Shown: piece after piece, positions 31,001 to 43,000 of the stretch | Position numbering within the stretch: position 1 is the stretch's first letter | Layout of the letters: every line of letters starts with the position of its first letter | Assembly: GCA_963714085.1 (NCBI GenBank) | Contig: OY970229.1 | Span: forward strand, 312,392-376,391 | Direction of reading: 5' to 3' | DNA: 64,000 nucleotides | DNA from: an uncultured Candidatus Micrarchaeota archaeon | GTDB lineage: Archaea > Micrarchaeota > Micrarchaeia > Anstonellales > Bilamarchaeaceae | Translations under genes and position numbers: made by a program | Notes under the pieces: model-generated | What the model was told of the DNA's origin: nothing | The model's database searches: none | What the model saw: only the letters and a program-made list of their open reading frames with translations

Positions 31001-34000
31001 GTCAATCGTGAGGTTGCATGAGGCCGTCGTGAAGACCGGGTCGGTCTCGTTGAAGCTGAAGCTTATCGTGGTTGCCGAGGTGTTGAAGCCGTTGGGCGGG
31101 GAGACGAGGAACACGCTCGGTGACGTGACGATGGTGGTGAAGGTCCAGATCCCGCTTGCGCCGGTGTTGTTTGCCGCGTCGATGCAGGAGACGCTCCAGG
31201 TGTGGCTGCCGTTGATTATGCCCGAGTCGCTCATCGTCGCCGGGACGTTGTACGTCGCATTGGTCGAGTTGACGACCGAGCCGTCCACGCTGAGGTTGCA
31301 TGAGACCGTCGTGTAGACCGGGTCCGTCTCGGTGAAGGTGAAGTTGATCGCCGTCGCCGAGGTGATGAAGCCGCTGAGCGGCGAGCCGAGGGTCACGCTC
31401 GGCCCGGTGGTGATGACCGTGAAGTTCCAGGCCGCGCTCGTTCCCGTGTTGTTCGCGGGGTCGGTGCACTCCACGTACCAGGAGTGGTTCCCGTCGCTTA
31501 TGCCGCTGATCGAGAGGATGGTCGGGATGCCGTTGGGTGCTGTGGCGTCGCTCACGTTCCGATGGTTGTCGAGGAAGACCGAGCAGTTCATCGCCGGAGC
31601 CAGGTTGTCCGTCGGCGTGAAGTTGAAGGAGACCGATGGCGAATTGACCGTAGACATGTTGTACGGGGAATTGAGGCTTATGCCCGGGGCGGTGGTGTCC
31701 ACCGTGAAGCTCCTGGGCGAGCTTGTGCCGATGTTGCCGACGGCATCCGCGCAGGTGACGTTCCAGGCGTATACCCCCTGGGCCGTGACGTTGTAGCCCA
31801 ATGTCGCCGGGGTGTTGTTGAACGCCGTGGTCGAGTTGACTACCGTGCCGTTGATGGTGAGGTTGCACGATGCGTTCGCGAAGACCGGGTCGGTCTCGCT
31901 GAAGGTGAAGTTCAATTGCGTCGCCGAGGTGTTGAGGCCGCTGATCGGTGAGGCGAGGGTCACCGTCGGGGCCTCCGTGGTGACCGTGAAGCTCCAGGCC
32001 GCGCTCGCGTTGGTATTATTGGCGGCGTCCTTGCACGAGACGCTCCAGTTATAGGTCCCGTCATTCGCCAGGGTGTCGCCCAGCGTCGCCGGGGTGTTGT
32101 TGTATGCAATGACCGTGTTGACGGCCGTGCCGTTCACGATGAGGCTGCATGAGGCGTTCGGATAGACCGGGTCGGTCTCGTTGAAGCTGAAGTTCAACGA
32201 CCTTGTGGATGCGATGCTGTTGTTGGCTGGCGAGTTGAGGGCGACGCTCGGGACCGAGGTGACGACGCTGAAGTTCCAGGTCGCGCTAATGTTCGTATTA
32301 TTGGCGTTGTCCGTGCAGTTGACGTACCAGGTGTGGGGCCCGTCGGCCATGCCGCTCACGTTGAGGATGGTGGCGGTGTTGTTGCTCACCGAGGAGTTGG
32401 TCCGGTTCAGGTGGCTGTCCAGGAAGAGCGAGCAGCTCATCTTCTGGGCCAGGTTGTCAGTCGCGGTGAAGTTGAAGGAGGCCGATGGCGAATTGACCGT
32501 AGACATGTTGTACGGTGAATTGAGGCTTATGCTCGGGGCGGTGGTGTCCACCGTGAAGTTCCTGGTGAGGCTCGTGTTCGTATTGCCGGCGCTGTCGGTG
32601 CAGGTGACGTTCCAGGCGTAGGCCCCCTGGGCCGGGACGGTGTAGCCCATGGTCGTCACGGTGCTGTTGTTGGCGGTGGTGGAGTTCACCGATGCGCCGT
32701 TGATCGTGAGGTTGCATACGGCGCTCGCGTAGACCGGGTCCGTCTCGTTGAAGCTGAAGCTCAACGCGGTCGAGGACGTGTTGAGGCCGTTGATCGGGGA
32801 GACCAGGGTCACCGTCGGAGCCGAGGTGATGATGGTGAAGTTCCATGTCGCGCTAGTATTCGTATTGTTGGCGGCATTGGTGCAGTAGACGCTCCAGTTG
32901 TGGTTTCCGTCGGCCAGGCCGGAGTGTCCTAAGGAAGTCAGGCTGCCGTTCGCCGCCGTGGTGGAGTTGCGGACTGAGCCGTCAACTATCAGGCTGCATG
33001 AGGCGTTCGTGAAGACCGGGTCGGTCTCGTTGAAGGTGAAGTTGACCGCGGTCGCGGTGATGTTCAGGCCGTTGGCCGGGGAGACGAGCGTCACGGTCGG
33101 CGCAGTGGAGACGACGCTGAAGTTCCGGAGCTCGCTTTCGCCCGTATTGTTGACGTTGTCGGTGCACTCTACGTCCCAGTCGTGGCTCCCGTCGTGTATG
33201 TTGGTTACCGTGAGGACGGTCGGGGTGTTGTTCAGCACCGAGGAGTTGAACTTGATCGGGGTATGGTCTATGGAGATTGTGCAGTTCGCAGTCGGGTCAA
33301 GGTTGTCCGTCTCAGTGAAGTTGAACGCTACCGTGGAGGAGTTGAACAGCGACAGGTTGGCCGGCGAGTTGAGGCTCACGAAGGGTTCTGTCGTGTCCAC
33401 GGTGAACCTCCTGGTGGCGCTCGTGGCTGCATTGCCGATCGCATCGGCGCAGGAGATGTTCCAATAATGGACCCCCTCGCCGAGGCTGTAGCTCACGGTC
33501 GTCAGGCTGCTGTTCAATGCGACTGCGGAACTGCGGAAGGAACCGTCGATGGTGAGGTTGCACGAGGCCGTTGCGTAGAACGGATCGGTCTCGTTGAATA
33601 TGAAGTCCAATGCCGTCGAGGAGGTGTTCAGGCCGTTTATCGGGGAGACGAGGACGACGTTCGGTCCGGCGGTCACTATGGTGAAGCTCCTGGTGGCGCT
33701 CGAATTGGTATTGTTGGCTGAATCGGTGCAGGAGACGTTCCAGTGGTAGGTGCCGTCGCTCAGGCCTGAGTAGCCGAGTGTGACGGGCGTGTTGTTCGAC
33801 GCCGTCGTGGAGTTGCGGACCGTGCCGTTGATCATGAGGCTGCATGAGGCGTTCGTGAAGACCGGGTCGGTCTCCGTGAAGCTGAAGTTGATTGACGTCG
33901 CCGTGGTGATGTTGGAGTCGGCCGGGGTGTCGAGGACGACCGTGGGCGCGGTGGTCACGATTGTGAAATTCCAGGCCGGGCTCGTTCCCGTGTGGTTGAA

Positions 34001-37000
34001 GACGTCCGTGCACGCCACGTACCAGGCGTGATTGCCGTCGCTTATGTTGTTTATCGTGAAGGAGGTCGCGGTGTTGTTCTTCGCAGTGGAGTTGTACTGG
34101 TTCGGGGCGTCGTCAAGGAAGATGGAGCAGTTCGTCGTGCTCTGGTCGTCGGTGAACGTGAAGTTGAACTTCACGGTGGACGAGTTCACGAGCGAGAGGT
34201 TGGCCGGGGAGCTCAGGGTCACGTCCGGGACGCTCGTGTCCAGCGTGAAGGTCCTTGTCGCGCTCGTTCCCGTGTTGTTGACCGGGTCGGTGCAGGATAC
34301 GTTCCAACGGTAGACCCCATCGCCGAAGCCGGAGTAGCCTAATTCCGTCAGGGTGCTGTTAGTGGCGGTCGTGGAATTGACGGATACGCCGTTGACTGTG
34401 AGGTTGCACGAGGCGGTCGTGAAAGTGGCGTCCGTCTCGTTGAAGACGAAGTTCACTGCCGACGTCGAGGCGTTGAGGCCGTCCACCGGGGAGACGAGGA
34501 GCACGGTCGGGGGCGTGGTGACCACGGTGAAGCTCCTGGTCGCGCTCGTGTTCGTATTGTTGGCTGGATTGGTGCAGGAGACGTTCCAATAATATGTCCC
34601 CTGGCTCAGGCCGGAGTAACCGATGGTCGTGGGCGTGTTGTTCAATGCTGTCGTCGAGTTGCGGACCGTGCCGTTGATGGTGAGGCTGCACGAGGCGTTC
34701 GTGAAGACGACGTCTGTCGCGTTGAAGCTGAAGTTCAACGACGTCGCGGAGGTATTGAAACCATCTACCGGCGAGTTGAGGACCACGGACGGGGCGCTGG
34801 TGACGACCCGGAAGTTCCAGGCCGCGCTGATGTTCGTATTGTTGGCATTATCAGTGCAGTTGACGTACCAGGTGTGGGGGCCGTCGCTTATGCCGCTGAT
34901 TATGAAGATGAATAGGACGTTGTTCGCGACTGAGTAGTTGGTCTGGTTCAGGGCGTTGTCCAGGTATATCGAGCAGCTCATCGCCGGGGCGAGATTGTCC
35001 GTCGGAGTGAAGCTGAAGTCGACTGATGACGAGCTGGTTACAGATTGGTTGGCCGGCGAGAACAGGTTAACGGCCGGGGGCGTCGTGTCCACCGTGAAGG
35101 TCCTGGGGATGCTTGTGCCGTTGTTGCTGGCTCCGTCGGTGCAGGAGACGCTCCAGCTGTGGACACCCTGGCTCAGGCCGGAGTAGCCCAGCGTGGTCAG
35201 GCTGCCGTTCGTCGCCGTGGTGGAGTTGACCGATGTACCGTTGATGTTGAGGCTGCATGAGACGTTCGTGAAGAACGGGTCGGTCTCGTTGAACGTGAAG
35301 CTCAATGACGTCTGCGAGGTGCTCAGGCCGTCGACCGGGGAGACGAGCACCACGGTCGGACCGGTGCTGGTGATTGTGAAGTTCCTTGTGGCGCTCGTGC
35401 CGGTGTTGGGGGCGGCGTCGGTGCAGGAGACGCTCCAGCTATGCGGTCCGGCGACCAGTCCCGAATCGCCTAATATAGCGGGGGTGTTGTTCGTCGCCGT
35501 GGTGGAGTTGACCGATGTGCCGTCCACGATGAGGCTGCATGATGCGTTCGTGTAGACCGGGTCGGTCTCGGTGAAGTTGAAATTGATCGCAGTCGCGGAG
35601 GTGATGTTGTTGTTGGCCGGGTAGTTGAGGGCCACGGTCGGGCCGGTTGTCACGATCGTGAAGCTGTTCGTCGCGCTCGGGCCGGTGTTACCAGTGAAGT
35701 CGGTGCACGTCACGTACCAGGAGTGGCTCCCGTCGCCTATGCCGCTGATAAGGAATATGGTCGCGGTGTTGTTGGATGTCGAGGGGTTTATCAGGTCCAG
35801 GTCGCCATCGATGAAGAGGGAGCAGCTCATCTTCTGGGCAAGGTTGTCCGTCGCAGTGAAGTTGAAGGAGACCGACGATGAATTGACCGGCGAGCCGTTG
35901 GCTGGCGAGCGGAGGGTCACGTTCGGCGCTATCGTGTCCACCGTGAAGCTCCTGGTCCCGCTTGCGCCCGTGTTATTGGCCGGATCCATGCAGGAGACGT
36001 TCCAGCTGTGGGCCCCCTGGCTCAGGCCGGAGTAGCCTAAGGAAGTCAGGCTGCCGTTCGTCGCCGTGGTCGAGTTGACCACCGAGCCGTCCACGGTGAG
36101 GTTGCACAATGCGGTCGCGAAGACGCCGGTCTCGTTGAAGGCGAAGTTGACCGCCGTGGCCGAGATATTGACGCCGCTGGCCGGGGAGACGAGCACGACT
36201 GTCGGGATCGCGACTGCGATGGTGAAGCTCCTGGTCGCGCTCGTGTTCGTATTGTTGGCCGCATCGGTGCAGGAGACGTTCCAGTAGTGGGTGCCGTCGC
36301 CCAGGTTGGAGTAGCCCAGGGTGGTCAGGCTGCTGTTCGTCGCCGTGGTGGAGTTGACCGGTGCGCCGTCGATGTTGAGGCTGCATGAGGCGTTAGTGAA
36401 GAGCGGGTCCGTCTCGTTGAATGTGAAGTTCAATGACGTCGACGAGGTGTTGAAACCGTTGACAGGCGATTTGAGGAGCACGGTCGGGGCAGTGGTGAAG
36501 ACGCTGAAGTTCCATGTCTGGCTGGTGCCCGTGTTGTTGGCATTGTCAGTGCATTGGACGTACCAGGTGTGGTTGCCGTCGCTTATGCCGCTGATTGTGA
36601 AGATGGCCGGCGTGTTGTTCATCACCGAGGAGTTGGTCTGGTTCAGGACGTTGTCCAGGAAAATCGAGCAGTTGGTCGCCGGAGCCAGGTTGTCCGTCGG
36701 AGTGAAGTTGAAGGTGATTGTGGACGAGTTGAGTATCGATAGGTTGCCTGGCGAGTTGAGGGCCACGGTCGGCTGGGTCGTGTCCACCGTGAAGTTCCTG
36801 TTAAGGCTTGAGCCGCTGTTGCCGATGCCATCGGTGCAGGAGACGTTCCAATAATGGGTCCCCTGGCTGAGTCCGGAGTAGCCCGAGGAAGTCAGGCTGC
36901 TGTTCGTGGCTGTGGTGGAGTTGACCGGTGCGCCGTCCATATTGAGTGTGCATGTGGCGTTCGTGAAGAACGGATCCGTCTCGTTGAACGTGAAGTTCAA

Positions 37001-40000
37001 TGCCGTTTGCGAGGTGTTCAGGCCCATTATCGGGGTCACGAGGATGACGGTCGGGCCCGTGCTGGTGACTGTGAAGTTCCTGGTCTCGCTCGTGGCGGTG
37101 TTGGCCGGATCGCTGCATGAGACGCTCCAGCTGTGGGGTCCTGCGACCAGGTTGGAATCGCCTAGGATAGTCGGGGTGTTGTTCATCGTCGTGGTCGAAT
37201 TCACAGGAGAGCCGTCCACGATCAGGCTGCATGAGGCGTTCGTGAAGACAGGGTCGGTCTCGTTGAAGCTGAAGTTCAATGACGTCTGCGAGGTGACGTT
37301 GTTGTTGGCCGGGTAGTTGAGGACGACGCTGGGGAACGTGGTGACGACGCTGAAGTTATTTGTCGCGCTGGTGCCGGTGTTGCCCGCCGAGTCAATGCAC
37401 GCCACGTACCAGGTGTGGTTCCCGTCGCTCATGCCGCCGATAAGGAATGTGGCCGGGGTGTTGTTGGATGTCAGGGGATTCGTGAGGTACAGCCCGTTGT
37501 CGATGAAGATTGAGCAGCTCGTCTTCGGGGCCAGGTTGTCCTGGGCCGTGAAGTTGAAGGTCACCGTGGACGAGTTGAGTATGGACAGGTTGCCTGGTGA
37601 GTTTAGGGCCACGTTCGGAGGGATCGTGTCCACGGTGAAGCTCCTGGTGACGCTCGTGCCGTTGTTGTTGGCCCCATCAGCGCATGTGACGCTCCAGCTG
37701 TGGGCGCCCTGGCTCAGGCCGGAGTAACTTATCGTCGTCAGGGTGTTGTTAGTGGCAGTGGTGGAGTTGACAGTCGAGTCGTCAACGGTCAGGTTGCATG
37801 AGGCGCTAGTGAATACCGGATCTGTCTCTTCGAAGGTGAAGTTGATCGCGGTTGACGAGATGTTGGTGCCGCTGCCAGGATAGACGAGGACCACTGCAGG
37901 CCCGGTGGTGGCTATGGTGAAGCTCCTGGTCTCGCTTGTATTGGTATTGTTGGCCTCATCGGTGCAGGAGACGTTCCAGTAGTGGATTCCATTGGCCAGG
38001 TTGGAGTAGCCTAAGGAAGTGGGCGTGTTGTTCGTCGCCGTGGTGGAGTTTACCGCTGAGCCGTCTATGTTAAGGCTGCACGAGGCGTTCGTGAAGACAG
38101 GGTCGGTCTCGTTGAAGCTGAAGTCCATCTGCGTCGTAGAGGTGTTGAAGCCGTCGGTCGGGTAGTTGAGGACCACGGTCGGAGCCGTGGTGACTACCGT
38201 GAAGTTCCAGGTCGCGCTCGTTCCCATGTGGCTGAAGACGTCAGTGCACGCCACGTACCAGGTGTGGTTGCCGTCCTCTATGCCGCTGATCGTGAAGTTA
38301 GTCTGGGTATTGTTTGCCACGGAAGAGTTGGTCTGGTTCAATACGTTGTCCAGGAAGATGGAGCAGTTCGTCGTGTTCTGGTCGTCGGTGAACGTGAAGT
38401 TGAACGTGACTGTGGACGAGTTCACGAGCGAGAGGTTGGCCGGGTAGTCGAGGGTCACGTTCGGGACGCTCGTGTCCAGTGTGAAGGTCCTTGTCAAGCT
38501 CGTTCCCGTATTGTTGACCGGGTCGGTGCAGGAGACGTTCCAACGGTAGACCCCATCGCCGAAGCCGGAGTAACCCAGGGTGGTCAGGGTATCGTTGGTG
38601 GCGGTCGTGGAATTGACGGATACGCCGTTGACTGTGAGGTTGCACGATGCCGTCGCGAAGCCGCTCGTCTCGTTGAATGTGAAGTTCAATGAGGAGGTCG
38701 AGGCGTTGAGGCCGTCCACCGGGGAGACAAGGAGCACGGTCGGTCCCGCGGTGACTACGGTGAAGTTCCTTGTCGCGCTTGTTGCTGTGTTGGCCGCGTC
38801 GCTGCATGAGACGCTCCAGCTGTGTGGGCCGCCCACCAGTCCCGAATCGCCTAATATAGTGGGAGTGTTGTTCGTAGCCGTTGTCGAATTCACAGGAGAG
38901 CCGTCCACGATGAGGCTGCATGAGGCGTTCGTGAAGACAGGGTCGGTCTCGTTGAAGCTGAAGTTGATCGAAGTCGAAGACGTGATGTTGTTGTTGGCCG
39001 GGTAGTTGAGAACCACGGTCGGGAACGTGGTGACGACGCTGAAGTTATTTGTCGCGCTGGTGTTGGTGTTGCCCGCCGAGTCGGTGCACGCCACGTACCA
39101 GGTGTGGTTGCCGTCGCTCATGCCGCCGATAAGGAATGTGGCGGGCGTGTTGTTGGATGTCAGGGGATTCGTGAGGTACAGCCCGTTGTCGATGAATAGG
39201 GAGCAGCTCATCTTAGCGGCCAGGTTGTCCGTGGCGGTGAAGTTGAAGGTGACCGTGGATGAGTTGAGTATGGACAGGTTGCCTGGGGAGTTGAGGGCCA
39301 CGGTCGGTGGGATCGTGTCCACGGTGAAGCTCCTGGTGACGCTCGTGCCGTTGTTGTCTGCGGCGTCGGCGCATGTGACGCTCCAGCTGTGGGCGCCCTG
39401 GCTCAGGTCGGAGTAACCTATCGTCGTCAGGGTGTTGTTAGTGGCGGTCGTGGAGTTGACAGTCGAGTCGTCAACGGTCAGGTTGCATGAGGCGGTAGTG
39501 AATACCGGATCTGTCTCTTCGAAGGTGAAGTTGATCGCGGTTGACGAGATGTTGGTGCCGCTGCCAGGATAGACGAGGACCACTGCAGGCCCGGTGGTGG
39601 CTATGGTGAAGCTCCTGGTCTCGCTTGTATTGGTATTGTTGGCCTCATCGGTGCAGGAGACATTCCAGTAGTGTGTCCCGTCACCGAGGTTGGAGTAGCC
39701 TAAGGAAGTGGGCGTGTTGTTCGTCGCCGTGGTGGAGTTTACCGCTGAGCCGTCTATGTTAAGGCTGCATGAGGCGTTCGTGAAGACAGGGTCGGTCTCG
39801 TTGAAGCTGAAGTCCATCTGCGTCGTAGAGGTGTTGAAGCCGTCGGTCGGGTAGTTGAGGACCACGGTCGGAGCCGTGGTGACTACGCTGAAGTTCCAGG
39901 TCGCGCTCGTGTTCGTATTGTTGGCGTTGTCAGTGCAGGCCACGTACCAGGCGTGGTTCCCGTCGGCTATGCCGCTGATGTTGAATAGCGTCGCAGTGTT

Positions 40001-43000
40001 GTTGTTCACCGAGGAGTTGGTCTGGTTCGGGACGTTGTCCAGGAAGATGGAGCAGTTCGTCGCCGGAGCCAGGTTGTCGGTCGCCGTGAAGTTGAAGGTC
40101 ACCGTGGATGAGTTGAGTATGGACAGGTTGCCTGGTGAGTTGAGGGTCACGTTCGGAGGCGTCGTGTCCACCGTGAAGCTCCTGGTGAGGCTTGAGCCCG
40201 TATTGCCGACGATATCGCTGCATGAGACGCTCCAGCTGTGGGCCCCCTGGCTCAGGCCGGAGTAGCCCAATGTGGTCAGGATACCGTTCGTCGCAGTGGT
40301 CGAGTTGGCAACCGAGCCGTCAACAGTCAGGTTGCATGAGGCGCTCGTGAAGACAGGATCGGTCTCGTTGAAGCTGAAGTTGATGGCGGTCGCCGAGGTA
40401 TTGAGGCCGTCCAGCGGGGAGACGAGGATCACGGTCGGCCCTGCGACGCTGACCATGAAGCTCCTGGTCGCGCTTGCATTGGTATTGTTGGCCGCATCGG
40501 TGCAGGAGACGTTCCAGTAGTGAGTTCCGTTGACAATGTTGGAGTAGCCCATGATGGTCGGGGTGCCGTTCATCGCCGTGGTGGAGTTGACCACCGAGCC
40601 GTCGAGGTCAAGGCTGCACGACGCGTTCGTGAAGACCGGGTCGGTCTCGTTGAAGCTGAAGTTCAATGCGGTCGAGGACGTGTTGAAGCTATTGACCGGA
40701 GAGTTGAGGAGCACGGTCGGGGCAGTGGTCACGACGCTGAAGTTCCAGGTCGGGCTCATCCCGGTGTTGTTGGCATTGTCCGTGCACCGGGCGTACCAGG
40801 TGTGGTTCCCGTCGGCTATGCCGCTGATCGTGAAAACGGCCCCGCTGTTGTTCGCCACCGCGGGGTTGGTCTGGTTCGGGACGTTGTCCAGGAAGATGGA
40901 GCAGTTCATCGTCGGAGCCAGGTTGTCCACCGGTGCGAAGCTGAAGGTGACATTGGATGAATTGAATAGCGACTGGTTGGCTGGGGAGTAGAGGGTTACG
41001 CTTGGGGCGGTCATGTCCACCGTGAAGCTCCTGGCGAGGCTCGTGCCCGAGTTGGGGGCGTCATCCGTGCAGGAGACGCTCCAGCTGTGGACCCCCTCGA
41101 TGATGCCGGAGTAGCTCAGGGTCGCCAGGCTGCCGTTCGTCGCCGTGGTAGAGTTGACCGGTATGCCGTCTATGTTGAGGTTGCAGGAGGCGGTCGTGAA
41201 GAACGGGTCCGTCTCGTTGAAGCTGAAGTCCAATGCCGTGGACGAGGTATTAAGGCCCCTGGCCGGGGATATGAGGATCACCGTCGGGCCGGTGCTGGTG
41301 ACCGTGAAGTTCCTGGTCTCGCTCGTGGCGGTGTTGGCCGGGTCGCTGCATGAGACGCTCCAGCTGTGCGGGCCGGCAACCAGTCCAGAGTCGCCCAATA
41401 TAGCAGGGGTGTTGTTAGCCGCAGTGGTTGAGTTGACTACCGAGCCGTCCATGATGAGCCTGCATGACGCGTTCGCGTAGACCGGGTCCGTCTCGTTGAA
41501 GCTGAAGTTGAGCGACGCCGACGGGGTGACGTTGTTGTTGGCAGGGTAGTTGAGGACGACGCTGGGGGAGGTGGTGACGATTGTGAAGTTCGCAATCACG
41601 CTCGCGCCCAGGTTGTTGGCATTGTCAGTGCATTGGACGTACCAGGTGTGGCTCCCGTCGGCTATGCCGCCGATCAGGAATATTGTCGGGGTGTTGTTGG
41701 ATGTCAGGGGATTGTTCAGGTCCAGGACGCCGTCGATGTAGAAGGAGCAGCTCATCTTCGTGGCCAGGTTATCCGTCGCCGTGAAGTTGAAGGAGACCGT
41801 GGAGGAGTTGAGCAGCGAGTTGTACGGGGAATTGAGGGTGACGTTCGGCGCTATCGTGTCCACGGTGAAGCTCCTGGTGACGCTTGCGCCGATGTTATTG
41901 GCGCCGTCGATGCAGGTGACGTTCCAGCTATGGGTCCCCTGGCCCAGGTTGGAGTAGCCCAATGTGGTGAAGGTGTTGTTCGTGGCGGTCGTGGAGTTGC
42001 GGACGCTGCCGTCGATGGTGAGGTTGCATGAGGCCGTCGCGAAGGCGTCCGTCTCGTAGAAGGTGAAGTTGATCGCAGTCGCCGAGATGTTGAGGCCGCT
42101 GCCGGGGTAGACGAGGACGACCGCCGGTGCCGCGGTGGCGATGGTGAAGCTCCTGGTCGCGCTGGTGTTCGTATTGTTGGCCTCATCGGTGCAGGAGACG
42201 TTCCAGTAGTGGGTCCCGTCGCCCAGGTTCGAGTAGCCTAAGGAAGCGGGCGTGTTGTTCGCCGCGGTGGTGGAGTTTACCGCTGAGCCGTCTATGTTCA
42301 GGTTGCACGACGCGTTCGTGAATACCGGGTCGGTCTCGTTGAAGCTGAAGCTCACTGCCGTTGTCGAGCTGTTGAATCCGTTGACCGGGGAGTTGAGGAC
42401 CACTCTAGGGGCGGTGGTGACGAGGCTGAAGTTCCAGGCCGCGCTCGTGCCCGTGTGGCTGAAGACGTCAGTGCACGCCACGTACCAGGTGTGGTTCCCG
42501 TCGCGTATGCTGTTTATCGTGAAGAAGGTCGGGGTGTTGTTCATTGTCGTGGCGTTGGTCTGGTTCCGTACGTTGTCCAGGAACATTGAGCAGTTCGTCG
42601 TGTTCTGGTCGTCGGTGAAGTTGAAGGTGAACGTCACGTTGGAGGAGTTCAGGAGCGAGACGTTTGCCGGGGAGGCGAGGGTCACGTTCGGGACGCTGGT
42701 GTCCATCGTGAAGGTCCTCGCCGCGCTCGTGCCCGTATTGTTGACCTGGTCCGTGCAGGAGATGCTCCAGCTGTAGGTCCCCTCGACAATGCCTGAGTAG
42801 CGGATGGTCGTCGGGGTGTTGTTCGTGGCGGTCGTGGAATTGACGGATACGCCGTTGAGGGTGAGGTTGCACGCGGCCGTCGCGAAGGCGCTGGTCTCGT
42901 TGAAGGTGAAGTTCAATGCCGTGGACGAGGTGTTGAGGCCGTCCACAGGGGAGATTAGGAGCACGGTCGGTCCCGCGGTGACGACCGTGAAGTTCCAGGC

